Below, in pieces: positions 25,658-40,068 of a DNA stretch of 64,000 bases. Numbering within the stretch: position 1 is the stretch's first letter; every line of letters begins with the position of its first letter. The notes below the pieces were generated by a model. The model searched no databases. It saw only the letters and a list, made by a program, of their open reading frames with translations, and was not told the DNA's origin. Made by a program: the position numbers and the translations under genes. The DNA is from Cystobasidiomycetes sp. EMM_F5 (Eukaryota): NCBI GenBank assembly GCA_051047955.1, contig JBPGPT010000007.1, positions 124,001 to 188,000 on the forward strand. The letters are read 5' to 3'.

Positions 25658-28249
25658 CTAGTATGCAGCACCATACCCAGCAGACTGTTAAACTGATCAG
25701 TATTCCTGTGCAGAGCATCCGAATCATGCGTTTGCTGACCTTGCGCGGATCGCTGGCTGCCTCGAGCAGACCATCCCTAAATCGGATAACAACATGACTG
25801 GTAGAGCCAGCAGTCGGATTCTGATAAGTCACATTGTATCCTAGGCCGCGGAAAAACCCAACGGTCCCATTGCTGAAACCCGTTAAATTAAGGGAAGCGT
25901 TCGGCAGCTCGAAATATGTCAAACCGCTGAGCTGATCGTGCCATCGCGGCGAATAGACACATTGAGTAGCATTCAGGCCTTGGTCAATGTGATGATAGAG
26001 CTCCTGGATCGTAGTAGTAATTACTGACGCGCTGTGTCAGCCAAGGTCTGCTACTTGGGCAAAAATTGACTGCCTACTTCGAGAACCGCCCGCCGACCCG
26101 GTAGCAATGGTAACATCGCCGGTGACTAAGTCCTCCGCGATGGAGCTTGCAATCGATGATTGTGGTCTCTTCCCGCCTGCGATGAAGTTGATTGGAGAAG
26201 CCGCAAAGCCAAAGCTGTTCACCTGGCCGGGACTGCTGAAATCGTCTGTATGGTCGCTGACATCAGTATGAGTATCAAATTTTGAAGTGCTCCAACGTAC
26301 CCATCTCATTGTTGAGGATAAAGCCATCCGGTGTCACTAGCGAAGAATTGTCAGATGGTCGCATTCTTTCATCGTGGCATGTACTAACTGAGTTGCGATC
26401 CCCAAAAGAGGTTGACTGAGAGCATATCTCAGCGACGCAGTCCGCCAATCGCATTACGTCCATCCTGCTTACCGGTGGTTGTCAAGCTGACCGACCCTCC
26501 ATTCTTATCGATGACTGCCATGTGAGATGTGCCAGCCTAGGCAAAAGGACTTCAATTGTCATTGTATCGGCGTTGCTCTAGGGATTACTTACCTCGCGAG
26601 TAGCAGTCGTCAGAATGTTTGGGTTTGGCATATAGTAGGAGAGGTTAAAGGTCTGGGTACTGGAAATTTTTGCTCGAATCGCATCAACCGTCGCATTCTG
26701 CAGGTATAGCCGTTCGAGCATGGTAACACTGCATCATTGTGTAAGAAAGTCGACGCTTTTGTTCGGTTCGGAAGGGACATCGCTTACTTTGGTGTGAATG
26801 CGGGATCGCCGAATGTTGTTCTCTGACCGTCTGTAATATGACTATCGCTTAGTACGGCACCAAGAGCAAGTATTATTTGACTGACAAGCAAATTCGTTGG
26901 CCTGTACAAGTCGATGTAGAGTCAAGTTGATCGCTGGATCATTGTCTTGCGCACTGCCGTCGAAGCCTTCGAAGACTTTCAGGGCAGACAATACCACCGC
27001 CCCAGAAGACGGCGCGACCGTCGAGAAGATGCGTTGGTTCCTATATGGTACGTGTCAGTAGCGGCCAAAATGGGGCGTCCACTCGCACTGACCTGTAAGT
27101 AATGTTGACGGGTGTTCGGACAATCGCCGTGTAGTTTGCCAGATCCGCTGCAGTCATGATTCCCCCGCTATTTCTTATAGTGTTGATGGTGTTGTTGGCG
27201 ATGGAACTATTGGCATAGAAAATACCGACGCCCTCGTTCGCAATGCGTTCAAGCGTGTCAGCATAGCGCTTGCGGTAGCATGTTTGGCCTTGGACTAGAC
27301 GGGTACCGTTGGGAGCACTGTCATGTGTGTAATCAGGGCTTGCTCTGCCTCGTCCATGCGTTGTGCTCACTAGCTCTCCGCAAAAAGCGGATTTGCTAGC
27401 GTGACATTGTAGCCCGCTATGGCGGCTGCCAAGTCAACATTAATGTTGAAGCCATTCCTCGCTAGGTTGATGGCTGGCTGGAACAATGTCTTCCACGGCA
27501 GTGAGCCGTGTCGCTCGTACAGCATCTGCCATGCTCGAAGTTCGCCTGGCACGCCCACTGCCAACCCGCCAATAGTGGAAGCCGTCTGTGTGGGTCCAAG
27601 CGCAGAATACATGGTCAAGTTGCCTGCGTGATGGATCAGTACAGAGCTTTCACTCGCTTTTTTGCGTATATACCGGCTGCAGGCATAGTTTCTCTAAAGT
27701 CGATTTCCTCGTAGCCATGGGTTCCATCCTTGTTGTTGTATCTGGAAAGGAGGAAGCCTCCACCGCCGATACCGGAGCTGATTGGCATTGATTTTGAGCT
27801 GCTGCCTTGCGGTGTTCATGGCGGGTTTGCCACTTACTGGTAAGCTGCTATCGTGCCGACGCAGAGACCCGCAGCAATAATGGCTGGAACAGCTACATAA
27901 GCGCACGATAAATTGCATTGCGTATTCGTAGCTTACCATCGGCAGCATTACCACCCATGGAAAGGATGCTGATTCCGATATCACTGCACTCGGCGACTTC
28001 CTGCGAGTTTCAAGGGACAAAGTAGGAGACTGATAAGCTCCATTCACGAAGAAGTAACACCCGACTCACTGTCGCAACAGCACCGTTATATCCGGAAGCA
28101 TCTCGAGGACGGCCGGTCGTAGCATTTCCTCCACTTTGACGACGGACATGTTGGCTAGGGTTATACTGCCTGTCAAATAGCTCATCCAGAGGTGCTGCTA
28201 GTACGTGACAGGCTGAAAGCAAAGCCAAGGAGACCAAGGTTGGAAGCAT
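25658..28249 (-). CDS. Gamma-glutamyl transpeptidase with N-terminal signal peptide, many exons
   Basis: Motifs GGNAAD, SGIGGGGF, IDFRETMP, GGLAVGVPGELR, catalytic GTSHMAVID, GFILNNEM|DDFS, GGKRPQSS, GSAGGSR, ASDPRK. Confidence 0.95.
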
Positions 28250-28682
28250 GTTTGCCGAGCCGATAAACACAGATTGAAAAAGAAAGCTGTATCAGCAGAT
28301 CTAGAAAGATTCGAAGAATGAAAGATGGCAGAATTGGTGGATGGACAGAGAAGCAGCAGAAGCTGGGCGCGCCCTGAGATATGCAAGCTTCTGTTCCCGT
28401 AAAGAGCCTATCTACGCGTGATCGAGTAGATCACATGTTCAGCCCCAGGAAAGCTGTGCCTGTCTAGATAGCCGAAAATATGGAGATGGCAACACTGCCT
28501 CTGCTTCATTGGGTTACTTCAGCAAGCCGGCACTATTCCTACAAGGACGAGCCTGCCCGTAACTGCTATGATGAAACTGACTGCCCAATACGGCAGACTT
28601 CAGGAGGAAGCCAGGTGATGCGAAAGAGTACAGACTGATTCAACTACGGTTGTACTGCTGAATGCTTGGCTTTCCTGCTACA

Positions 28683-29929
28683 TTATGCTCTCGTCCGCTT
28701 CCTGTTTTGCCCCTTTTGCGGGCTGCAGCATAGTCTTCAGAAGAGGTATCGACATCGGGCAAAAGATTGCGACGCTCACCTTCTACGAGCTCTCCCTTCG
28801 TCCACATCGATCGGCATGTCCTCATACTGTATGGAAGTGGCACCAACACCTCCCCACATGTTCTGCTGCTCACGGTCTGCCTGACTCTGCAGAGCCTTCT
28901 TGATGTCGACCAGCATGGCAGAAATCTGACTGCTTTGTTGCTTGTCATAGTTGGCTCTCGTTGTTCTAGAGCCGAAATCAGCTGCATCACTGCAAGTCTC
29001 AAATCGAAACCCACTCTTGATTGCGAAGATTCTGAATATGACCATCGACTTCTTGCAGGGTGCGTCCGACACGACTGTGCCATGTTTGCAATTGAGCCAG
29101 CATTCCGTCGATGGGCCGTGCATTACTTGATATACCAGTCGAGGATGCTGTCGGCAAGCTCTGTAGCCTGACATCTCTGCCAATAACGTTGTCAACTTCG
29201 AGAGCCTTGTGTTTTTGATTGAGGCGGCCCTGCAGCAGCTCGTGGTACATCGCCTCGATGATAAAGTCCTCCAGCCTGTGTTCACTGGGAATGTCGAGTT
29301 GTTGCAGAAGCGTAGCTGGTGTGTGGGAACGAGCATGTCTCAACACAGACACATCGGTCGAGATTGTATCGGTGTGACGCACAATACGGAATGAGGCGAC
29401 TCTTGGAAGTAATATCGACGAGCGTCAGTTGCTTGAGCTTTGTGAGCTGTGCTTTGTTGAGCTGCGGCAGTCCTGGACACTCTGCAATCCAACGTCAGCT
29501 TTACCTTGGATCTCAGCATCGTCATGCATCAGTCTCACGGCGATAGTCTGCCAGGTTGCCGTACGCAAAGATCTGGAGCGCCAGCCATTTCCCGCTATGC
29601 TGTTCCGAGTGCTCGAGCTTTAGAGTCGCCAGCCATATGCTCGTCAGGTCTTTCATATCAGCCATCCACGACGGCAAACACACCTCGGCCACAGCTTTCG
29701 TTTCGAGGAGCTCTCCAAACGCAAAGACGCCAGGCGCAGCAGTCACTTGGTCAATCAGCGACGCAGCTCCAGCTCCACGGGCAGACTTTGCCAGCAGCAG
29801 GAATGGTTCCAGCTTTGACGGCGCAGCAAACGTCCTGGCAGCGGCAGCTTTGGCTGGGACTGGCGCAGTCGACGTCGCTGGAGGTGGTGCGCTGTCGATA
29901 CGCTGCACCGCAGCAAAGTCTTCCTGCAT
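28683..29929 (-). CDS. CSN7: COP9 signalosome subunit 7 (PCI domain)
   Basis: Motifs LEPFLLLAKSARGAGAASLI..VTAAPGVFAFGELL, LQIFAYG, KLKQLTL, LEDFIIEAMY..LLQGRLNQK, GRDVR; basic C-terminus RKRTRA*. Confidence 0.9.
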
Positions 29930-30039
29930 CGTGTTGGGCAGACTTGACAATGGTCCAGTGTCGAACCTCTGGATCCTGTGCGAAACGACTGGGCATACTC
30001 TACAACACTGCGTGATGATAACAGCCAGCATACAGCGCC

Positions 30040-32394
30040 CTACGCGTTCATCGCTTGCTTCAACGTACGCTCCATCTTGTCAAAATCCTTCGTCTCAATG
30101 CCCGTTATCGGCGTCTGCAGCGTCTCCTCTATCGTCTTCATAATCTCAAAGGACCGCTTGTCGTAAATCATGTTGATGCTGATGCCCTGTCGCCCGAATC
30201 GACCAGTCCGTCCGATACGATGCAGGTACGTCTCTACATCCGGCTTGCGCTCTGTAAAGTGCCACGGCATGTCGTAGTTGACAACCATCTTGACAGACAT
30301 GACGTCGATGCCTCTCGCCAGTACGTTTGTCGCAATCAGCACCTGCACGATGCCACATGTCAGCCATTGTTCTCTGCTGCATCGCACAGACCCTTCTATG
30401 CACCTTGTAATCGCCTGTCCGGAACTTGTTCATGATGTCGTCTCGCTCTTCCACCGTCTGTGCACCATGTAGCGACACAATCTTGTGACCCTCCGCCGTC
30501 ATTCTGCGTGATATCTCGTCTGCAGTTTCTCTCCGCTCTACAAAAATTATACTTTGACCGACTGCGATCATCCACGTTAGCCCACAAGAACGCCTGGACC
30601 CGAGCGGCGATTTGGACTCACTCGTTAAGAGAGCGTACAGCTCGACCAACACATCGTACCGCGCATAGTCGGATTCGCAATCGAGGAAGAATTGTTTGAT
30701 GGCCGACACTGATAGCTCTTCAGCCTTTAAGCGAATCTCATTCGCCTCTGCAATTCAATTTGAGATCAGCATATGCCAATACCAGGTATGTGCGGCTTGA
30801 ACTGACCAGGAGCGAAGCGTTCAGCGAACACTCGGACGTGGTCAGGAAAGGTAGCGGAGAATAATACGACTTGGAAAGTCTTGTTGCCTAGATTTGTGCA
30901 GAAGCTGAGGGTAGCAGTGATTGTGAGTCATGATTCGGACTGCGGTACAAGCAGACTGACTTCTTCACCATGAGTGATTGATCGCCAAGCGCTTGTTGAG
31001 ACAGCATATTATCTGCCTCGTCCAGCACTAGCACCTTGAGATGCTTGAGATCCAGCGTCCCTCTCCGGCGGACCATCTACGATATCACCACATTCCATCA
31101 GTTCCAGAATCCACTCTGGACAGAAAAGACGCGCACATCTAGAAACGTCCCAACGGTTCCGACAAGGAGTTGGGCCTCAATCTTCTCCCCTCTAAACTGT
31201 GCTCCCTTTGCCGCAAAGAACTTTGTGACGGGCGTGTACTGGCCCATCTTTTCGACGACTTGCATAATCTGGTATGCCAGTTCTCGAGTCGGTGCTATAC
31301 AGATGGCTTGTGGTGACGGGATGGAATAGTCGATTCGTGATAGCATCGTGAGAACGAAGGCGGCAGTCTTGCCTGTGCCGGATTGGGATTGTCCAATCAT
31401 GTTTCGAGGGCTGTAAGAGATGTGGAATGAGCAAGCCGTAGATTAAATACTTGACTTGAAGTGTGACGACGCACGGATTGGCAAGCAGTAGTGGCAGAGC
31501 GCGTTCTTGAATCTTTGACGGCTTGTTGAAGCCGAGCGCGTAGATGCCGCGGAGCAAGTCAGGATGTCTACGGACGACAAGAGTTGGACGTGGCATGATG
31601 TATGGTGTGATCGTATCAAAATGGCGAATGCAATGCATCAGTAGCAAACACTCTGCACATCAACATTGACAACGTACAAATTCAACTGTTCGAACGTTTT
31701 CGCCGAGTAGAGCGGTGATGCTTCGTCTGCCTGTCTGTCGGCCAGGGTGACCTGGTGGATTGAGAGTAATGGCATATCCTCGTTAGACGGGCTTTTGTGC
31801 GTATGCATGTGCATATCTCCTGTACCTGGACATCAGCTTCAAACAGAGCCAGCTGCTGCTGGACTGTACATTATAGCGAGGTAGTCAATCATATCAGCAT
31901 TTATGTAATAGTTAATCATTCTCCAACGCCGTACCATCTTCATTCGTCTGTCGAGGTTCCATATCTCCTGGAGGAGCTTCTTTTGCGCCAGCTTCTGGCT
32001 GTTGACTGCTGGTCGACGCTGCGGCAGGAGGAGGAGGAGCAGACTGAGACGCTGTGGATGTATTAATCGTCGTCGCCGTCGTTAAAGTCCTGGATGACGC
32101 TGCCGCTGAAGCTGCCGAGGCTGCCATATTCCATCCATTCGAGACGGTCTCCTTCCTGCCCTCCTTGGACGCAGCTCCGCCGTTGTTACCATTCACATTC
32201 CCATTACTACCGACACTGCTCGTCTCCCTGCTGCCCTCCTGCCCGCCAAACGCAAATCCACCAAGTCGGCCAGCCAGGTCACTGCTGCTCGACGACGCTG
32301 CAGCCATGTCGCCAGCAGCCTCACTGCCCAGTCCCTGCTGAGACGTCGAGGCCTTCATCGCTGGTGCGGCAGACGGCGTCCATCCTCCAGACAT
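30040..32394 (-). CDS. DBP5: ATP-dependent DEAD-box RNA helicase Dbp5 (mRNA export)
   Basis: Motifs [78 protein letters not shown]. Confidence 0.96.
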
Positions 32395-32485
32395 GGTCGA
32401 TTCTTTGAATTGGTTAGAGGTACAACAGTGTTTGTGCGAAATGTAGACGCATCAATCAATCACCTCGTCACCTCGTGCTCGTACA

Positions 32486-33419
32486 TCACCACGCATACCC
32501 TACTCCGTGTCCCGGCATGTTGCCAATGTTGATGATTGGACGGTCTTCTCGGACGTAGCCTGCACCACTCCTCATTCGGACAGCAATCTCCTTCTTCATC
32601 TCCTTTTGCTTGGCTTCTTCTCTCGATAGACCAGGTGCAAGTACGACGTGCATTCGTGCTCTGAGGAATAGCCCAACGTTAGTTCAACTCGTCTGGTAGC
32701 GTGCAGACCACCCACTCGGGCTTCATGCGTATCCCAAACTTGCCCCGCCCTCTGGGCTCAATTCTCCGGAGGTAGACTCCCTTACTGACCCACGCCTCCT
32801 GCACTACCAGTCTCTCCCGCCGCAGACCCTTCATTACAGCATGATCTCTGGCCAGTACGAGCATGCTCTTGATCCGCGTATGCGCTACCCGCTTGTCGCT
32901 CATTTGCATCTGGAGGATAGCAGAGTCGATGGGCTTGCCAGCGATAAGTCTCCCCACGGCGTTCAGTTTTCGCGGCGATATTGGGATTGTTCCAGTCGAC
33001 GTCTTGTGCTGCGATTGCGAGATTAGACTAGACTTGAGCGTAAACGGGTAGTATCGACTCACCTGCGTGTACACCTTTCCGCTGCGTACGTATCCGCTTG
33101 TTGGCAACTGCGGCTCCTCGTTCACTGCTACAGCCTCCTGGGCCTCCTCGAGCGTCTTTTGGAGCAGGCTGCCCAGCCCGTCCTGCTTCTCCTGCTGCCT
33201 CTGGACCGCCAGCTCAGCTCTGGGCGACAGTGGACGGAACTTGTACGTCGCTGCCTCTGCTGCTTCCTTTATGCGCGTGTACAAGCCTGGCTTCTTTGCG
33301 GTGCTGCTGCTGCTCAAACTCGAGCTGGACGCCTGGCGGAACTGCAGCGCGCTCCGTGGCTGTCGCTGGCATACACATCGCAGCAGCGTCGTTGTGGATA
33401 TCGTTGTTCTCGTCGTCAT
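32486..33419 (-). CDS. MRPL22: Mitochondrial ribosomal protein L22 (uL22m)
   Basis: Motifs ISPRKLNAVGRLIAGKPIDSAILQM, EAWVSKG, RIEPRGRGKFG. Mitochondrial-type N-terminus; last exon ends GYAW*. Confidence 0.9.
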
Positions 33420-33506
33420 GTTTATTGTTTTGCAGTGAATTGGTCAAAGGAAACCCCGTTTAAAGATATCGTTCCTGGAAACACTCCAACTTTTTTGCAA
33501 TTTCGC

Positions 33507-36500
33507 ATGAATCATGGGCAGGACAGCGACGCAGCTTCAACGTATCCGCCGTCCACGTCTACGGCATCGACTCCGCAGCGTAGCCATGCCCGGTCAGGCT
33601 CGACGTCCGCAAAGAGCGATGTGACCCGGTACTCGCTTTCGACGATATCCTCCTGGAAGGGCAAAGCACGAGCCAGCGACGCGATGGACGATGCTGGGGA
33701 TGCTGTTCACGGCGCAGACTCTCCGAGACCTCCCCTCCGTCTCCAAACTTCATCCTCATTATCCGAATTCACAACTCCGTCCACGCTCGCACGCCCGTCG
33801 AATGAATACAACGAGCCATTCATGAATACTCCAGATGGTCACCCGCCGGGTCATACTACATTCGATGGAAACGACGGAGAAATGCTTACAGACGCCAGAC
33901 GATACGAGGAGTTTGACACGGTGGACTGGATACAGGATACCCTGTTTGAACGAGCGAGGCGGCTAAGGGAAACGCGTGCGGCAGTCAAGAAGGCCAATAG
34001 ACTAGCCAGGCAAGCTTCGTATTCCTCCTCTCGGTTTCGTCTCGCAGGCCTCTCGTCCGACCAGGTCAAACACTGGCTAGAAACACTGCTGTACGCTACC
34101 CAGTCTTGGCTTGTTTTTGCGCTTGTTGGAGCAGGAATAGGCGTAAATGCTGCACTAATAGACGTAGCCACCGGTTGGCTGACGGATATCAAATTTGGAT
34201 ACTGTCGGTATGCCATCTTACACGTCAATCCTCTTTATACACGCTAAATCTGTGTAATACTAGGTACTCTTGGTGGCTCAATTCCAAGTTTTGCTGTTGG
34301 GAGATTGACCCTGTCGGCTCACCGGACGATGGAAGTTCAGGTAGCGAATACTGCGAGGACTGGCACTCTTGGTCCGACAGCTTCTTCGGCATGGGTTTCC
34401 TCGTATACACATTCTACGCCGTCCTCTTTGCCTTTTCTGCAGCTTTCATCGTTCGCAAATGGGCGCCATACGCAGCTGGATCCGGGATATCGGAAATCAA
34501 ATGTATCCTAGCTGGCTTCATCATGAAGGGTTTTCTAAGCGCGACCACCCTTCTCATCAAAAGCATAACATTGGTAGGTTCTCTCATTTCCTGCACTCGC
34601 CATATTGCATACTAATACTTGTTTGATTCTCCACAGCCCCTAGTCATAGCTTCTGGCCTCTCTGTTGGAAAAGAGGGGCCTACGGTACATATAGCAAGTG
34701 CCATCGGCTCTGTCGTAGGCAGCTCATTCAAGCGCTTTTCAAGATCGCAAGGTATGTCGTCGCGCATATAACCGCCATCTGTACTGACTTAAGAATCGAT
34801 CAGCCAAGATGCGCGAAGTCATCACTGCCGCTTCTGCAGCCGGAGTGGCAGTCGCTTTCGGCTCCCCTATCGGCGGTGTCCTGTTCGCGCTCGAAGAAAT
34901 GACTGTCAATTTCCCCATCAAAACTATGTGGCGATCCTTCTTTTGTGCCCTCGTCGCTACCGTCACTCTATCAGCCATGAACCCGTTCCGGACTGGCAAA
35001 CTAGTCCTTTTCCAAGTCTCATACGATCGGGACTGGCATTTCTTTGAGATTGGAGGGTTCATACTCATTGGCATATTTGGCGGACTCTACGGCGCTTTCG
35101 TCATCAAGTACAACTTTCAAGTCCAGTCTTTTCGTCGAAAACATCTCGCAAGCAACGGTGTAGCCGAGGCAGTCGTCCTTGCTGCACTCACAGCATTTGT
35201 AGGATATCACAACCGATTCCTGCGGATAGACATGACGGAATCTCTCGATATTCTCTTTCGAGAATGTGAAGGTGGCGGAGACCACGACAATTTGTGCCAG
35301 ACTTGGGCACAGTGGAGAATGGTCAACTCGCTTCTACTCGCGACAATTATTCGAGTAGCATTTATAATCATTTCCTATGGCGCTAAAGTTCCGGCTGGCA
35401 TCTTTGTGCCTTCTATGGCTGTAGGAGCGAGCTTTGGAAGAATGGTTGGTATTCTTGTGAAGGCAACTTACAGGTGTGAAGCCATCTGACTCATCTTATT
35501 GACGCTGACTGACATGATGGGGCAGAGCGAATCCACATTGGGCAATCTTTGCTGCTTGCGACCCTGAAGTTCCTTGTATAACCCCGGGTACATATGCTTT
35601 CTTGGGTGCAGCCGCTGCTCTTGGGTGAGGGAAGATATTCAGAACAGTGCTGCACGGCATCTAACAAACAAATTAGGGGGATCATGCGCATCACAGTTAC
35701 CGTGGTAGTAATTATGTTTGAACTAACTGGCGCACTGACGTACATATTGCCGACAATGGTAAGCATTTCGCGTTCGCACACCTTGCATTGCACTGCCTGA
35801 CTACATAACCCGCCAGATTGTGCTTATGGTCACCAAAGCTGTCTCGGAAATGTTCGGCAAGGGTGGCATTGCCGACCAAGCTATCCGCTTCAATGGTTTT
35901 CCTTTCCTCGACAAAGAAGATCATCACTTCAACGAACCCGTATCACGCGTGATGAAACGGAATATTCTAGCCATACCGGCTACTGGACTGCACCTTCACG
36001 AGCTGGAATCACGCTTCGTCTCTTCAGCATTTCGAGGCTTTCCTGTCGTCCAAAGCAAGAGCGATCACACGCTACTTGGTTACATTACTAGATCCGATCT
36101 CCGATGGGCAGTCGATAAAGCTCGAAGGTCATCTGGCAGAATACCACGGAATGCAAAATGCGTCTTCCGGAAAACTGCGGAGGGGAATGATCAATCATTC
36201 GCGGATGATGCAGATGATACTTACCAGGATGTAGGCTTGGAATCACTGAACTTCGCGCCTTGGGTCAACGAGGTGAGAACCACCTACAACGGGGATGGCA
36301 AGAGCAATCGCTGAGGCACACATGTTGTCAGACCATCCTTACTGTCTCGCCCAATCAAGCATTGGAAATAGTGATGCAGCTGTTCAAGAAAATGGGGTGA
36401 GCCAGTGTCTGACCAACATGTAGCCTGAGCTCTCTGCTGACATTTTAGTAATTTTCAGGCCACGCGTCATACTAGTTGAGCATCGAGGTCAACTACGTGG

Positions 36501-36837
36501 TTTAATTACGATCAAAGATATCCTGAAGGAGATTATAGCGCACGAGCAGGTTGAGCATCCAGAGGGCGGATTGCTCGATGCGGAACTGGAGGAATCGCTG
36601 GAAGAGGCGCAAGAATGGGTGAAAGAAAAGGCAAATATCATCGCCGACAAATTAGGGCTAAAGCGATCTAAGCACGGGGCAAATGGCATCGTCTTGCCTT
36701 TGTCTGCTGGCATACCGCTGGAAGATCGTCATGGGGCCGATGACTCCGACAGTACTATTATCTTCGATGCCGCTGCAGCGGAACGTTCGAAGAGGCAGGA
36801 ACGCTTGGGCAATCCTTTCCAGATGAATGGTGGCTAG
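33507..36837 (+). CDS. CLC-family chloride/proton exchanger (Gef1/ClC-3-like) with CBS domains
   Basis: Motifs YEEFDTVDW, GSGISE, GKEGP (gating Glu), FGSPIGGVLFALEE, PAGIFVP, VVIMFELTG, CBS-domain GFPVV. Confidence 0.95.
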
Positions 36838-37048
36838 ACCTCAAGCGAGTAAATTTAGGGTGATACGAGCAGTGACCAGAAGTATACTGTATCTATATAC
36901 ATTTAGGGAATCTGGTAGACAAGAATATATCGAAAGACTGAGTATACTGAATCTATGGCTACAAGGTTGACTCTACTCGAGCAGATGGTGCTACATTTGG
37001 TCTACTGCAAACGCAGCGCCGCTATATCTGGCAAGCCCGTGTGTTTTG

Positions 37049-39839
37049 CTACTCAAGACTCATCTTGTTTAGGTCGACTCTGTTGTTGGGTCTAGTGTCG
37101 TCATCCTGCTGCGGGCCAGCCCATCGGCGAGTACCGCCGGCGGAAGACGATATGCTTGGTGCCGGACTACTGCCTCTGCTCCTCAGACCCGACAGCCAGC
37201 TGCCATTGCCGACCACCGGGCTAGCCGGCATCGAGGACGTCGGAGCATTAGAAAGTCCTGACAGCTGGTAGCTCAGTCCCGAAGCATTGTTGCCGATACT
37301 GGCTGCTGGCCCAAGCGCAGTCAGAAGGGATGTAGAGGGGAGAGCGAGATTCTGTAGATTCGTTTGTGTGAGGCGAGGCGATAGCGATACACTGGATGTT
37401 GATGCTGGCGAGACTGCACGACGCTTGAAGGCACTGCTGTAAGACTCAAAGCGTTCGCCATCGTTAAGTTTCCGCTTTCCCGGTCGAGACGCGCTTGAAG
37501 CAGACCAGCCTAGGGCTGATGAAGGCGATACCTTTAGACCATACAAGGTTTAGCTAGAGAATTAATGCGCAGAAAGTTTGTAGCTCACATCCATATCCGT
37601 ACCAGTCCGCGAAGCGGGGGCTGCGGGTGTCAACGGCTTCGATGGTCCTGACCACAGGCTTGACGAAGGGTCTCGCATCGCCCAAGCAGGATTTTTGCTA
37701 GTTGCACCATCGCCCATTCCGCTATCACCAGCCATAGACATTGCATCTATATCTTCGTCTACCATACCCGTATCACTGAGCATCTCGTTGCCTGGGTAGT
37801 CTGCATCACTTCCAGACGAGTCCTCGCCCTGCTCATCGTCAATGACTGCAAATTCAGGAAAACGATTCTTTGTCGGTATATTCGGTCGACCGGACGAGCT
37901 GGAAAGTCTGCGACTGTCGTGTCCAAAACCAGAAGCACTGCCAGGAGCATAAGCGAATGGAGAACCAGTTCCCGATCCGAAACCTGTAGCACGTTGTGTA
38001 GCAAAGGGCGATGTCGCTGACGAGTTTTGCACTTGATTTTGCTTGTTGCCACGAGGAGACGTGAATGCCGGGAGCGCAGCGGTGGATTGCGTTATTCTAT
38101 GCAACGCGGCCTCGGAGGCCACTTCGAACTCGCCCGTCTCCAAGCGGAGCTGAGATATGATGCGCAGGTGGTCTTTTGATTTGGGCTGTGAGCAGATGAT
38201 CAGTTGGAGGTCTGTGCGTTACCGGTGCTGATGTACATACCATGAGACTGCCTTTTTTGTGATTCACGGCACGCTTGACGACTTGAGGTGTTGCAGACTC
38301 GCTCCCACTGGATTGACTGAGCGCCCTCGGTTTAGGAAGCTCGCCTTCAGGTCTGGTCTCCGGAGGTCGACCACGTCCATATTCAAGCTTACGACCCGCT
38401 GTTTGCTGATCCCCGCTACTACTGCTCGAAGAGTTGCCGTTACTTGACCGATGTGGCACGATTGAAGTAAAGCCCGAAAAAGAGCTGGACCGCATTCGTA
38501 CTGGCTGAGACCCGCCGTGTGACGGCTCCAGCGGTGCTGTCGTAGGCATTGATGCAAAGTCGGAAGCTGAAGACATTGCTAGTGGTCCGCGAGAGAATGA
38601 TGACAATGAGGACAGCTTGTGCGAGGCTGATTGGCTGCGTCTCAAGCTTATTGGCGGAGGCGTCTTTGGTGCAGGCGGAAATGACCGCTCATATCCTGCA
38701 TCAAAGGGCGCTGGCGAGATACGCATGCTCTCCTGATTGGATTCTGGTGCGCTATGGAGAAATGCATGCTGATTGGTCTGCACTTGAGCTGTCCCATCGA
38801 GCGACGCGGACGGAGATGATCGAGAGGGTCTGAAGCTAGCTTGAGTGGAGTGCGGATCAAGCGATTCTGAGGAGATGGAGCGATCAGGTGAATGACATCT
38901 AGCATTGTTTTGCGTCAAGCCGCCTGGGGAATCGTAGCCGGAAGGAGATGCGGTGCCCATGGAAGCCGAAGATGACGTTGGATGTAGAGGATTGTTTGAA
39001 TTGCGGAAAGAGGAGGAGAAGGTACCGAACGGAGCATTCGGTTGCGTAAACTTGGGCGGTCCAGATTTGAACGAATAAGGATTTAGAGGGTTGAAAGAGC
39101 GGCCAAGCGTTTCGTTATCGTTGCTGTCGGACACGTCTATTCCCTCGGCATTTGTGGAAGGCTCTTCGACCAGGACATCATCGTCCATGATGCCCGAACC
39201 ACCTGGCCGCAGGACTCCTGGCATTCGGGACAATGACCCTGAATTGGCTGCTGCGGTCGCAACATTCGCTTGATGCTGCTCGGAGGCGAGGCGAGCTAGG
39301 AGAAATTGCTGTGATCTGGGTGGACTGGATGGCCATGGCGGAGACCGGGATGAGACTTGGGTAGATTGGGACAGTGACCTTGGTCGTGTAGGCATACCGA
39401 GGATTGGACGGGCGGTAGAAGCGAACGGAGAACTCGCTGTGGGCGCACCGTACGATATCTGACTGGTATCCGGAACATCTTCCATCATGTCGTCGTCCAT
39501 TGCGATGCCATCGGCGTCTGCAACGTCGGCTGGCCTGTAGGGATATGCTGCGACATCGTCGGCGTCGCACGCGAGGACAGAGTGACGGCGGAGAGGATGC
39601 GAGAGCGTCATGAATGGATTAGACGTGCAAGATGAGCCAGTGTCTGGATTAGAATGCTGCAATGTCGTCGGATACTCGATGTTGCTCGACGATGCCGCCG
39701 GGAAGAATGCAGAAAACGAGCTCGCAAAGACTGGCGATTTCGACATTGCCGTCGACGTCGAGGCTACCGTGTCGCCCTGCCTCGACCGCTCCAGCTCTGT
39801 ACGCTGCTGCTGCTGAAGCTGCCATGGTTCCGCCGACAT
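37049..39839 (-). CDS. Hypothetical Ser/Pro-rich protein, 3 exons
   Basis: Three long collinear ORFs joined by short GT-AG introns. Conserved-looking islands VVKRAVNHKKGSLM|PKSKDHLRI and GKRK...FKRRAVSP. Confidence 0.7.
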
Positions 39840-40068
39840 TATCGCAGGATCCAGCTTATCTGATGGATTCGCACAGGCTTCAGGATATCATATTGTCAGG
39901 TGTGCGTGTGAGACGCAGTTGCTGGCATCGAGTGTGCTCCTTCTCGAACGTCATTGGTCTATTGCATGGTGGATGACCCGTCTCTTGGTACAACATACAG
40001 TTCACCCCGAATGCATCAGAGGTCATCGCCAATGACTGCCTCTCTTTGCGCTGTTCAAAATGCATTCA

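Noticed and set aside
14462..29929. Functional ubiquitin-system cluster (Gid4, arrestin, CSN7)
   Set aside because: The genes are interspersed with unrelated ones and such functions are common, so chance is sufficient.
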